Shown: positions 29,201 to 42,538 of the stretch, piece after piece
Numbering within the stretch: the first letter of the stretch is position 1
How the letters are laid out: each line of letters opens with the position of its first letter
Source: Balanoglossus misakiensis
Lineage: Eukaryota; Animalia; Hemichordata
Reading direction: 5' to 3'
Assembly: GCA_040954595.2 (NCBI GenBank)
Contig: CM082586.2
Coordinates: forward strand, 10,323,337-10,387,336
DNA length: 64,000 nt
Notes under the pieces: generated by a model
Databases searched by the model: none
What the model saw: the letters and a program-made list of their open reading frames with translations, nothing else
Told to the model about the DNA's origin: nothing
Position numbers and translations under genes: made by a program

Positions 29201-32200
29201 GTCAAAACAAACTTGATGATGCATCAGGGTAGATGGTATTTCAAGCCCTTCACATTGACATTGGAATATAACGCATATGGGGATTTAAAGTTGATTGTAA
29301 ATCCCCAGGTTGATACGTGGCCATAAGCACTGTAGTTTGACATTGCTAATGCTACCGTGACATTAAATCTGATTCTTTCCATCGGGGTAAATTGTGAAGC
29401 AAGCTTGATGATGCATCAGGACAGATGGTGTTTCAAGCCCTTCACATTGACAATGGAATATAACGCATATGGGGATTTAAAGTTGATTGAAAATCCCTAG
29501 GTTAATACATGGCCAAAAGCACTGTAATTTACAATTGCAAATGCAATGGTGACATTGAATGTCATTCTTTGCATTAGGGGAAATGGCGTAGCGAGCATAA
29601 TGGTGCATCAGAGTAGATGGTGATGCAAGCTATGCATTGTGACATAGGTATTTAATGCCTATGCATGGGTATTTAATGTTGACTGTAAATCCCCAGGTTA
29701 ATACATGTCCAAAAGCACTGTAATTTAAAATTGCTAATGCAAGGGTGATATTGAATCTGATTCTTTGCATCAGGGCAAATTCTGAAGAATGCTTGATGAT
29801 GCACCAGGGTCAATGATGATGCAATCACTAAACTTTGACACCGGGGTTTAAAATGTATACAGGGGGATTAAAAGTTGACTGTAAATCCCCAGGTTTCAAG
29901 CCCTTCACATTGACATTGGAATATAACGCATACGGGGATTTAAAGTTGATTATAAATCCCCAGGTTAATACATGGCCAAAAGCAATGGTGACATTGAATG
30001 TGATTCTTTGCATTAGGGGAAATGGCGTAGCAAGCCTAATGGTGCATCAGAGTAGATGGTGATGCAAGCTCTGCATTTTGACATAGGTATTAAATGTATA
30101 TGCAAGGGTATTTAAAGTTGTCCGTACATCCCGAGGTTAATACGTGGCCATAGGCACTGTAATTTGACATTGCTAATGCTACCGTGATACTAAATCTGAT
30201 TCTTTGCATCAGGGAAAATGGTGAAGCAAGCTTGATGATGCATCAGGATAGATGGTGTTTCAAGCCCTTCACATTGACATTAGAATATAATGCATATGGG
30301 GATTTAAAGTTGATTGTAAATCCCCAGGTTAGTAAACGGCCAAACGAACTGTAATTTGACATTGCTAATGCTACAGTGACATTGAATCTGATTCTTTGCA
30401 TTAGGGCAAATGGCGAAGCAAGCTTGATGATGCATCACGGTAGATATTGATGCAAGCACTTCGCTTTGACATAGGTATAAAATTCATATGGGGATTTCAA
30501 GTTGATTATAAATCCCTGGGTTAATATGTGGCCGAAAGCACTTTTATTTGCCATTGCTAATGCTATGGTGACACTGATTATTTGCATCAGGGTTAATGGC
30601 GAAACAAACTTGATGATGCATCAGGGTAGATGGTTTTTCAAGCCCTTCACATTGACATTGGAATATAATGCATATGGGGATTTAAAGTTGACTGTAAATC
30701 GCCAGGTTAATACGTGGCCAAAAGCACAGTAATTTGACATTGCGAATGCAACAGTGACATTTAATGTGATTCTTTGCATTAGGGCAAATGGCGAAGCATG
30801 CTTGACGATGCATTACTGTAGATAGTGATGCAAACACTTCGCTTTGACATGGGTATAAAAAGCATATGGGGATTTCAAGTTGATAATAAATCCCGATGTT
30901 TATACATGGCCAAAAGCACTGTAATTTGACATTGCTAATGCAATGGTGACATTGAATCTGATTCTTTGCATCAGCGTAAATGGCGAAGCATGCTTGATGA
31001 TGCATCACAGTAGATAGTGATGCAAACACTTCGCTTAGACATGGGTATAAAAAGCATATAGGGATTTCAAGTAGATTATAAATCCCTGTGTTAATACGTG
31101 TCCAAAAGCACTGTAATTTGACATTGCTAATGCCATGTTGACATTATATATGATTCTTTGCATCAGGGCAAATGGGGAAGCAGCTTGATGATGGATCAGG
31201 GTAGATGGTATTTCAAGCCCTTCACATTGACATTGGAATATAACGCATATGGGGATTTAAAGTTGATTGTAAATCCCCAGGTTAATACGTGGCCATAATC
31301 ACTGTAATTTGACATTGCTAATGAAATGGTGACGCTGAATGTGATTTTTTTGCATCAGGGTAAATTGTGAAGCAAGCTTGATGATGCATCAGGATAGATG
31401 GTGTTTCAAGCACTTCACTTGACATTGGAATATAACGCATATGGGGATTTAAAGTTAATTGCAAATCCCTAGGTTAATACATGGCCAAAAACACTGTAAT
31501 TTAAAATTGCTAATGCAATGGTGACATTGAATGTGATTCTTTGCATCAGGGCAAATGGCGAAGCAGCTTGATGATGCATCAGGATAGATGGTGATGCAAG
31601 CTCTGCACTTTGACATAGGTATTTAATGCATATGCATGGGTATTTAAAGTTGTCTGTAAATTCCCAGGTTAATACGTGGCCATAAGCACTGTAATTTGAC
31701 ATTGCTAATGCAACGATGATATTGAATCTGATTCTTTGCATCAGGGTAAATGGCGATGCAAGCTTGATGATGCATCACGGTAGATAGGGATGCAAACACT
31801 TCACTTTGACGTGGGTGTTAAATGCATATGGGGATTTGCTAATGCTACCGTGACACTAAATCTGATTCTTTGCATCAGGGAAAATGGTGAAGCAAGCTTG
31901 ATGATGCATCAGGATAGATGGTGTTTCAAGCCCTTCACATTGACATTAGAATATAATGCATATGGGGATTTAAAGTTGATTGTAAATCCCCAGGTTAGTA
32001 TACGGCCAAACGAACTGTAATTTGACATTGCTAATGCTACAGTGACATTGAATCTGATTCTTTGCATTAGGGCAAATGGCGAAGCAAGCTTGATGATGCA
32101 TCACGGTAGATATTGATGCAAGCACTTCGCTTTGACATGGGTATAAAATTCATATGGGGATTTCAAGTTGATTATAAATCCCTGGGTTAATATGTGGCCG

Positions 32201-33283
32201 AAAACACTTTTATTTGCCATTGCTAATGCTATGGCGACACTAAATCTGATTCTTTGCATCAGGGTAAATTGTAAAGAAAGCTTGATGATGCATCAGTATA
32301 GATGGTGTTTCAAGCCGTTCAAGTTAACATTGCAATATAATGCATATGGGGATTTAAAGTTGATTGTAAACCCCCAAGTTAATACATGGCCAAACGCTCA
32401 GTAAATTGACATTGCTAATGCTATGGTGACACTGATTATTTGCATCAGGGTTAATGGCGAAACAAACTTGATGATGCATCAGGGTAGATGGTATTTCAAG
32501 CCCTTCACATTGACATTGGCATATAATGCATATGGGGATTTAAAGTTGAGTGTAAATCCCTAGGTTAATACATAGCCAAAAGCACTGTAATTTGACATGG
32601 CTAATGCTACTGTGATACTAAATCTGATTCTTTGCACCAGGGCATATAACGAAGCATGCTTGATGATGCATCAGGATCAATGGTGATGGAGACACTGCAC
32701 TTTGACATGTGTATTTAATGCATATGCACTGATGTTTAAAGTTGACTGTAAATCGCCAGGTTAATATGTGGCCAAAAGCACAGTAATTTGACATTGCGAA
32801 TGCAATGGTGACATTGAATCTGATTCTTTGCATTACGGCAAATGGCGAAGCATGCTTGACGATGCATTACTGTAGATAGTGATGCAAACACTTCGCTTTG
32901 ACATGGGTATAAAAAGCATATGGGGATTTCAAGTTGATTATAAATCCCGATGTTAATACCTGGCCAAAAGCACTGTAATTTGACATTGCTAATGCAATGG
33001 TGACACTATATCTGATTCTTTGCATCAGGGCAAATGGCGAAGCAGCTTGATGATGCATCAGGATAGATGGTGATGCAAGCTCTGCACTTTGACATGGGTA
33101 TAAAATGCTTGCTGAAGGGGATTTAAAGTTGTCAAAACAAACTTGATGATGCATCAGGGTAGATGGTATTTCAAGCCCTTCACATTGACATTGGAATATG
33201 GTGCATATGTGGATTTAAAGTTGATTGTAAATCCCCAGGTTAATACGTGGCCAAAAGCACTGTAATTTGACATTTCTAATGAT
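20270..33283. repeat. Satellite array, ~190-196-bp monomer (~65-70 copies) with ~3.9-4.4-kb higher-order repeats
   Basis: Monomer gacattgctaatgc..gacattgaatctgattctttgcatcaggg..gcaagcttgatgatgcatca..ggggatttaaagttgattgtaaatccccaggttaatac. Dimer offset 387 (27136/27523); diagnostic variants recur at offsets 4256, 4447, 4317 and 3930. Confidence 0.95.
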
Positions 33284-33420
33284 GGTGAGATGTTGTTTGC
33301 TCCCCAGGGAGTTGAATGGAATAGTAAGGTCCAACGACCTAGGTCAAATTACCATGGGACAACTTTAAAGCATGTTGAGATTTAATGTGCTACATAAGTT
33401 ATAAATATTATATTAATATT
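33284..33420 (+). mobile_element. 3' half of tRNA-derived SINE fused to the satellite end
   Basis: gctccccagggagttgaatgg...gtgctacataag and (tat)n tail match the 3' part of the SINEs at 35017 and 53082. Same fusion at ~35920, ~49855 and ~53950. Confidence 0.7.
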
Positions 33421-34055
33421 TAGGGGTTATTACACGAATTTTGGTCGATAACGCGTCGTATTCGAGTGATGTCCGTATTTTGATGAGTTGCGCTTCGCAA
33501 CGAGTCAAAATACAGACATCACGAGAATGCGTCGCGTTATCGACCAAAATTCGTGTAATAACCTCTTTATCATACATGCCTACCTATAAAACAGTACGAT
33601 TTGCAGAAATGCGCCGAGAAAAATAATTTCAAATTTGAACCGGGCGCTGGGATCACGGCAGTAGCCATGTTGTGACGTATGACGTGTGGGCCGTAGTATC
33701 ATTTTAAGGGGGTTGGCAGCTTTCATTACGATGGGCACATCCACATTCTAAATAAAATTGTCTACGTTCTCTTTCAAAATATCATGTTAACAATTATTTT
33801 GCATTGAGAATTTCGAAGAACTAAAACTGATGCATTCAACATGACAAAACCGCCAGCTTTGAAAACTTTATTACAGCTTCTAATAACCGAATTTTACAAC
33901 ACCCCTCTCCACTATGCCCCGTGTGTCGCTCGCGCGCGCAGTGAACTGTCACGCCGAGACGTGGACGCGATATTTTCACATTGTGAAATACCGTAAAATA
34001 TCTTCGGGGCGAGAACAATAGAAAGTGTTAAATACAGGCGTTGCATGTATGATAA
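33421..34055. mobile_element. Non-autonomous DNA element with terminal 145-bp palindrome and asymmetric inverted repeat
   Basis: Imperfect palindrome 33422-33566 (centre gttgcg-ctt-cgcaac); ttatcatacatgc 33567-33579 is inverted to gcatgtatgataa 34043-34055. Absent from paralogous sites (taatattattacataa at ~36055 and ~49985). Confidence 0.85.
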
Positions 34056-35016
34056 TATTACATAAACAACACTCTTACTTAGCTAAGGAAGTGGTCAGGT
34101 GAAATATATTTGCAGAGCTGACCAATTCTTTAAGGAAAATTAAAGTTGGGTATTTTGGATGTATTCATACCTACAAACTGTGTTATGTATGGGACGTTGA
34201 TGTTGCCTAATACGTCTCCACATTAACTTGAATTATTAACAGCAGCTATACAAGGCAGCGTATGGAAAGATCATTGTAAGACATACACAACACTTTTATG
34301 GAGCATGGGAAATGTTCATGAGAACTGTGTTCTCGGAGCTCAAAACTGTGTTATGAGAAATTCAAGCTGCTAAACTTGCGTGTCTCTAAATTTACTGAAA
34401 CCGTGATAATGAGCAAAAGAAGGCAACGTATAGGAATGCCATTCTACCACATACTGTTACTCAACACTTCTATTAAGCATGGGAAATAGTATTGAGAACA
34501 GTATTCTCAAAGTTGACAAACTGTGTTATGTGTAGAATATCCAAATTGCCTAATTGGCAATCGTTAGCAACCAGTTGTCTTCAAGAGGGTTTGGGGCACC
34601 AACCTCAACATGCTTTAAGTCTTTAGTGATCTAGCAAGTTAGCCTGCATATCGAGCAACTGTTAATGGAGTGAGTTGCTCAATGATAGGAAACTCCTTTG
34701 TTCATTTTCAAAATAAAAACCAAAAATGTGAACAAAACACACTGAATTATGTATGGGATATATGGGATTGCCTAATTTGCGTGTCTCCACATTTACTTAA
34801 ACTCTCACAGGGAGACAAATGTCACAGCAGACGGAAAAATGATTATGCCACACACAGCACTTTTATTTAGCACGGGAACTGGTCTTGGGAAATGGGAGCT
34901 GACACACTGAATTTTTGGAAATTCAAAGAGCCTAATATGCATGTTTCCATATTTGCTTAAACCCTGACTGAGAGCTGAACAAGGCACTAAATGGAAAGGT
35001 CATTGTGCCACATAAA

Positions 35017-35356
35017 GTCATAGTCCAGTCGTTAGAGCATCAGACCCATAATCAAAGAATCAAGGGTTTGATCCCTGGCATGGTTGTGGTGTTGTGGTGT
35101 TTACATCTCCTTGCCTCTCCCCGCCCATAAGAAAAGGTAATTTGGTGGATCCGATATTGTAATGAGTATGTTTAGGTCTGCTGTGCTGATATAAAAGCTG
35201 CACATGTGAGCTGTTGTTTGCTCCCCATGGAGTGGGATGGAATATTTTAGGTCCACCGACCTAGGTCAAATTACCATGGGAAACACTTTGAAGCAGCACA
35301 TTGAGATTTATTGTGTAATGTGCTATATAAGTAATAAATATTATATTGATATCATT
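35017..35356 (+). mobile_element. tRNA-derived SINE (decayed)
   Basis: A-box-like tagtccagtcgttagagc, B-box-like gggtttgatccc, gctcccc.tggag body, gtgctatataag plus AT tail; internal deletion relative to the 53082 copy. Confidence 0.7.
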
Positions 35357-35430
35357 ACATAAACAACACTCTTACTTAGCAAAGGAAGTGGTCAGGTGAA
35401 CTATATTCGCAGAGCTGACCAATTGTTTAA

Positions 35431-35761
35431 AGGGGCAAAGTCTCTCTTTCGCCACCATTGTTCAATTAAGTTTGATACATGAACCCATTTATGTTATTCT
35501 ACATGTGGCTATATAGTGAATCAACATTCAACCAACAACTTTCATCCCGTTTGTAGAATCTGAGAGTAAAAATCTCGCAAAAATGAATAAATGGTAAACA
35601 CCGATTATTCATTTTGGCGAGTTTTTTCATTCTTGTGTGTACAAGTGGGGTGGAAGTTGTGTTTGGTCGAACATTGATTCACTATACAGCCAACATAAAC
35701 GATGTCTTGTATCAAACATAATTAATGGTAAAAAGGGCAGCGAGAGAGACACTTTGTCCCT
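35431..35761. mobile_element. Kolobok-type MITE (331 bp, near-palindromic)
   Basis: TTAA at 35427-35430 and 35762-35765; termini aggggcaaagt...actttgtccct; ~150-bp TIRs; related empty site gaccaattctttaaggaaaatt at ~34121-34142. Confidence 0.9.
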
Positions 35762-35819
35762 TTAAGTAAAATTCAAGTTGTGTAATGTGGACATATTCAC
35801 ATTTACAAACTGTTTTATA

Positions 35820-37521
35820 GTCACATGGGGATTAAATGCATATGCATGTGTATTTAAAGTTAACTGTAAATCCCCAGGTTAATACGTGGCCAAAAGCACT
35901 GTAATTTGACATTTCTAAAGATGGTGAGATGTTGTTTGCTCCCCAGGGAGTTGAATGGAATATTTATGTCCAACGACCTAAATCAAATGACCATGGGACA
36001 ACTTTAAAGCACATTGAGATTTAATGTGCTACATACGTTATAAATATTATATTAATATTATTACATAAAAAACACTCTTGCTTAGCAAAGGAAGTGGTCA
36101 GGTGAAAAATATTTGCACAGCTGACCAATTATTTAAGGAATATTAAAGTTGGGTAATTTGGACGTATTCATACGGGTGTTGGTCAATGGAAAGTCCTTTG
36201 TTCATTTTCAAAATGGCAACCAAAAATGCGAACAAAACACACTGAATTCTGTACGGGATATTGATGTTGCCTAATTTGCGTGTTTCCACATTTACTTAAA
36301 CTCTCACACGGAGACAAATGTCACAGCAAACGGAAAAATGACTATGCTACACACAACACTTTTATTGATCATGGGAAATGTTCATGAGAATTGTGTTATG
36401 GTACTTTTCGGGGCTCACGAACTGTGTTATGGGAAATCTGACAAGGAATCTAAACTGTACCACATACACAACACTTTTATTAAGCGTGGGACATGGTCCT
36501 GAGAACAATATTCTCAGAGCTGACAAACTGTGTTATGTGAAATTCATGTTGCCTATTTCATGATAATGGCTTGTGGTACACAAGGGTTAACAGCAATCAG
36601 CAATTGCTTGTATGATAGGTATGATGATCGATTTATAAATTTCAATGGTATAATAATGGGCAACACATGTGGAAGTGTTTAATAAACAGTTAACTAATGT
36701 GGTGATGGTTTGTGGTAAAATTGAGGGTACACAGATTATAATGGGCCAAAACAATGAATATAATAGAGGTTGATGATGGTGAAGGGTTTCATATGAATGG
36801 TGTAATAAAGGTTAACAAATGTGGTGATAGCTTTGGTGTACAGGGCTGTTGATATATTTAGTAATGACAAAGGTATAATAATGATAAAAGCTTAAATAAG
36901 TGTTGGGGCACAATCTTCACGATGGTTCATTCATTGGTTAATGTGTATATTTTATTAATATCATGCTATTGTTTATCAGTTAGATCATAATCAGGATTTT
37001 TCCATGCACATCGTCACCATGATTCAGCGGAATTCTTCTGAATAGTACCTGTGATCATTTTTCCGCACCGACGCATTGTACGCGACAGACATGCAGAAAA
37101 TATTAACATGTAACTCACAGGCATAATGTTAAATCTAAACGACTGTACGTTAGGTTAGCTTTACCTCCCCACCCCATCCAAATTCCAAATTTAGCTTGCC
37201 ATGCAGTTTTCGGGTAGTACCAATTCGGAAACTTTCATGGTTCATTCATCGAACCAAATATTGGATTTGACACACTGTGCCATGGGTGGGTAAAGCATGG
37301 TGAAATGTTGGCGGTAAACTTTAACCAGGCAGGTCACATGAAATGAAGATATTATCCTTTGAGTTTGATGACATACATGATAAGATATGTCAGTTTTGAC
37401 ACCTTTTTGCAGACATAGATGCTGATGTATTTTTTCCATTGGACACAGTAGTCAAAGTCCAGTCTGTGTTTAAAATGATACCCTGGTCACACACAGTGAG
37501 AAATATCAGCCTTTGACTTAA
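35820..37521. repeat. Duplicated block (satellite fragment, SINE tail, downstream sequence)
   Basis: Highly similar to ~49760-51617; first ~530 bp also similar to ~53852-54380. Similarity ends at the TTAA preceding the Kolobok element. Confidence 0.88.
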
Positions 37522-39593
37522 AGGGACAAAGTCTCTCTCTTTTTGCCTTTTTTCCATTACTTTTGATTCATTCAAGACACTGTGTATGTTATTTTAAATG
37601 TTGATATATAGTGAATCAACGTTCGACCACACACAAGTTCCATCCCGCTTGTAGACACGAGAGTAAAAAAATCACCAAAATGAATAATCGTTCTTTACCA
37701 TTTATTCGAGCGCGGACGCGGGCCGGGCTTCGATCATTACCAATGTGCGCATGTGCAAGGGTATATACACAAAATGAAACGTCATACATATAATTATAGC
37801 TGTAGCGACAGTCATGGCGGATGCTTTGGCGTCTGTTCCCAGTAGCAGTGGTAAACGTAAACGTGCTCGTGGCCGCCCACAAACCACTGCTTCGGCAAAA
37901 AACGTAAACAATTGCTGAAACAAGTAGGTCAGATAAACATTTTCTCGGAAATTCATCGTTGGAATGAAATCAAACGCTCCTTGGTATTGGAAACGAACCG
38001 CCAGGTCGCAAAGGTACTGATCGACCGGTAAGTACATATTCGTGCATTCACTGTGTACGTACTCCATAGCCAAAGATACGGCATGAATTGTGTACATGAA
38101 TTTAGAATCTGTGTCTCACAGAATCACTGCGAGCATCATCTCAATGTAATTCTAAATGTGCTGTTTCAAGTCGTATTTCACTTAGTGATTTTGCCCAGCG
38201 CATACCTCGCCCTCGACCAGCAGTTGTATGTAGTACGCTGGACCGTTTGTATCAATGTATGACTATGCGAGATAAATTGTACGGTACTGCAATTTTTTTT
38301 TTTTTCTTTTTTTTCCTCCGGACAATCTACATGTATTACTGTTATCGAACATACGAGACAATATGCTTTTAGCGGAATTTGGTTGTTCTTTGTTCTGCTA
38401 CAACTTCCGTTTTGTTATAGCCAGTTGTGTACATTTCTTGAGCTGTATATGAACTGAAGAAAAATTTGGCTATTTTCTCGTAGTTATCTTATTCTCACCT
38501 TACGTGTCTGTAACCTGTCCTCTGAGGCAAATTATGGCTGTGTGTAATCCCTTCTAAAGACAGAAATTGGCTACGTAAACAAGCCATTGTAAAGGCAAAA
38601 AAGGTTCATTGTGTCTTATTATTTGTGTGGACAGGTATTATGAACATCAAGTTACAGCAACAACAGATGCAGAATTTACCAGGCCTGCATCATCTCCAAG
38701 TGGCCAAGAAACACTGCAAGTATTTGCACCGTCTATGGAAACTAGGTACCAAATAAATTTTGATCATGATACTTTGAGCTTTGTATAGTACACAATAGAT
38801 TTTCATATTTGATGGGGCTCTTGCAGTATACATGATGTATATTGGTTTAAAGAGGTGACATGTTTTTATGGCTCATGAAAAGTAATTGTGTCCGTAATAT
38901 AATTTATAGAAATGAAACAATGAAATGTTGCATTCCACATAGTTATCTGTGTGATAGATGGGAATACCTAAAAGTATATATTTGTTTCTTAAAATTTATA
39001 GGCAACGTGATGATCAAGGACAAGCCACCCAAACTTTTCCTATGACATCAACGCCAGGAAATGGCCATCTTTGTGATATCGAAAAAAATTTAGAAGAATT
39101 AGTTGCATCAGAAATATCATCAGTCAGGTAGGTGTTTAAGCACTGTTTTTTTACATTACATGATAATTTCAATGCTTCTAGCCACAATCTGTAGTATGAG
39201 GAAAAGCCTCTGCTCAAACTCTCAGGTGACAATAATCAACATAACAATGGCGAAGTATACCTGACATTTGCCCTCCAATAAACAACCAAAATCATCCTAT
39301 ACAATTTATTCAGTGTGTTGACCAAGACATTCACGTCTATGGTTTTAATCCAGCAAACATAGGTTTTTCACTGCTTACTGGTTGGGGGATTAGGGGGAAC
39401 TGGAACCTACAACGTTTGTGCAGACCTAGTTTGTCATGTATCAAATTTTAGTCTTTTTTTTCTTTGTACAGGGTTTCTTCCATCTCTGGAATTGCAGAGA
39501 TAGATGTTCAGGAGATAGGAGAATCATCACAAGAGAAACCTATGGAATCTACAGAAGGCCCATCACAGCCAGTACAAAGTGAAAGGTATGACA

Positions 39594-40015
39594 CTATCTT
39601 TTCTTACACTCCCCGTACGCTGGGAGTGTGAGAACAGAGTGTTGGAACAAATTGTTCTCACAATCTCACTGAATAGAAAGCTGTATATGACGTGAGTGCT
39701 GATTGGTTAACAAAGTGTTCTGTCGCTACGCGCACTAAATGTTATCCAATGGCGCGATGTGTATTACAGGCACAGAGACTACAACGTGCCCCCAGACAAC
39801 AATTCCAGAGTCATTTATTCAATGTTTTTAACGAACTTGGCTAATTTGTGACCGTGTGAGAAAAAGAATCTCACACACCAAGGACCTGGGATCATATTTC
39901 TCACACTCGTCGGGGATATTCTGTCCCACACGAGCCTGCGGCTCGTGTGGGACAGAAAATCCCCAACTCTTGTGAGAAATGTGATCCCAGGTCCTTGGGA
40001 GTGTGAGATTCTATT
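39594..40015. mobile_element. Second non-autonomous element with terminal ~148-bp palindrome, in transposase intron 4
   Basis: Palindrome 39865-40012 (centre gagcc-tgc-ggctc); left-end ttttcttacac inverted to gtgtgagaaaa at 39854; repeated tctcacac motif; small hairpin 39601-39634. No empty site in window. Confidence 0.75.
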
Positions 40016-41185
40016 AATCTGAAGATAAACTGTAGTTAGGTAAACTTTTATAGTGAAATGTGGCTTTCCCCCCTCTTTTGTACCTTTTGTGATAAACATT
40101 AATCTCCTGCTTTAGGACAAAAGCAGGAGCGACTGCTTTACATACATGTAAATGTACTAATTTCTAACTCCCTTGCTTATGCTTGTGTGAATAAGTTATT
40201 CTGTGTAGCTATCAACATGAAAATATTTCTTAGAAAGCAAAATGGCAAATGTTTACCAAGCACCCTAAATTTACTTGTGTGAAACCAAGATAGAGAGGAA
40301 CCTGTAAAAATAAGCAGTGATGCTGCTGTCCCTGTGTGCCCCTGTCACTTTGTTTCAGAGTTCAATTTTCATGTGTGTTATATTTAGTTCACAGCTGTAA
40401 ATTAGTTCAGTACATATTGCCGTCTCATGTGTGCCTATTTTGTCATTTTTTTCTCCAGCGGCCGTGTAAGATTTCCAAGAAATTTGTCTGAGTCTTTCAT
40501 CAATCCATTTGAGTAAGTTTTCCTTATTCTATTGTCATATACGGCATGCATGTATCCCTTGCTTGAGCAAGCCTTTTCGATTGCTTCTTTTCTCCTGTTA
40601 CACTAAATTTAAATTTGTTGGGAAAATCAGTTTCATGACATGCATCACGTGTGTCAGAACATTTGCTTGTACTTAAATTCATGGGAAATGTTTTCTTTCT
40701 TTTTTGTGCTTATGAGTGACTATATGTATTTTTAGTGAGCAGCATTGTCCCACTATTCAGATTAATTCCTTGGTTTTATTACTACCAGGTTGAGCATTGA
40801 TATTTCTGAGGAAGACAAAGAGGAAGACATGAACCTATGTGACGATGATGATTATGACTATGAGCCCAGCTTTGATATTTCTATAATGTAAGTGCGCATT
40901 TATCACTATCATCAAAGTTCCTTATTGGATGGGTACACAACAAATGGAAAGCAAAATATCCTCATGGTTAAAAAAAGCCTAAGTGTTGGACGCTAAAATT
41001 CATATATATGATAAATTTTCTTTTATGAATGAAACATCAACTTACAACATTTGTACTAACAGCTGACTGACAAACTCTGATGGACAAGTCATGAGCATTG
41101 TTAGGATTTTTTGTCCATTTCTCAGAACTAATGGCGTGCAGGTGGTTCCTGCCATTGGTGACGACGATATTGAAAGTGACGGTGG

Positions 41186-41187
<2 letters not shown>

Positions 41188-41217
<30 letters not shown>
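41188..41217 (+). repeat. (GAT)n microsatellite encoding poly-Asp in transposase exon 7
   Basis: Run of gat triplets in frame with ESDGGDDDDDDDDDDETP. Confidence 0.9.
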
Positions 41218-41219
<2 letters not shown>

Positions 41220-42538
41220 ACACCATCACCGGGTCTGCAGAGAGTTGTCACAGAAGAAGATGGGGAAAGCCTCCTTGGTGACTCTACAACATGTCTGTTT
41301 TTTTTAACCAGCTTCTGGCCCTTGGCAAAAAATCTATTAGGCAAGTCTGTGCATTGAAGTCTTGCAGTGGATTGATATCCTCTACTTCAAAGTTTGTTGG
41401 CTCAGCTTTATATCTAAAGTGGGTGAGTGTGAACTAAATATGGTATATTCTTGACAATTATTGTTAAACTATACCAACTGTAGTGTGCATTGTATGGACA
41501 ATCACTATGCCAGTATTATTTAGATGAACAGGAAACTCTAGTTATAATCCTATGTGGGTGCACATTGTTCCTTTAGGTTTATAATAAAAAACAATAGTCA
41601 ACTGAAATTACAAAGTTATCGGTATTAACATCTGTTTTATCGTGTCTTGGAGAAATCAACATGAAATGATCAAATAAGCATGAATCTTTAAACTTTTTTT
41701 TTTCAGGAATGCTCAGCTGGTCACCTTGAGTACGAATGGTGTTCACAACCAATTTTGAACAGGAGACTTCATAGTGGTGATCTCTTCACAGCAGCTGCCA
41801 TTCTATTGTCTGGTAATAATTATGCCAAAATTAATTTTTTGGCAAGCATTCTGTCACTCAGAATTTGCTCCCAGAATACTTACAATAGAATTCAGAAAGC
41901 TTATCTAATACCATGTCTTGATGAATTTTGGATACGACAACAACAAGACATCATTGATTCATTTGATGGCCAAGAACTTGTTTTACTGGGTAAGTTTTTA
42001 GCTTCATTGTTAATGACACGCACCTAATCTGATTGGCTCACCCCACTGATTATCCATCACATGTCGGCCAATGCACTTGTAATTTATGTCTAAAAGTTTA
42101 TACTTACACACTCTATTCTGCTGATTTAGAAAAGAATACAATAGTTATTATTTGGTGGCATTTACTTCCTCATTTGCATCATTTCATACTCATTGTAAAA
42201 TCATTGAATTGGAAATGTTCTCACTTATGCATACTTATGTATAATTTGACTGACATATTTACTTGATTATGTCTCAGGTGATGGGCGAATGGATTCCCCG
42301 GGTTTTTGTGCGCAATATTGCACCTATACTGTGATGGAGGAAACCACCAAGAAAATTCTGTCGATAATAACCATGGACAAAAGAGAAACAGAGAAGAAGT
42401 CAACAAACATGGAAAAGGCCTGCCTTGTTAAAAGTCTAAACCAGCTTCAGGAGAAAGGTGTAAATGTCAAAGAAGTCGTAACAGATGCCCACATGCAGAT
42501 TACAGCTCTGATGAGTAAGTGTAATTTTATGATTTTAA

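Noticed and set aside
710-33154. Numerous short ORFs in the repeat arrays
   Set aside because: They are translations of tandem repeats on both strands with frequent stops and no domain motifs.
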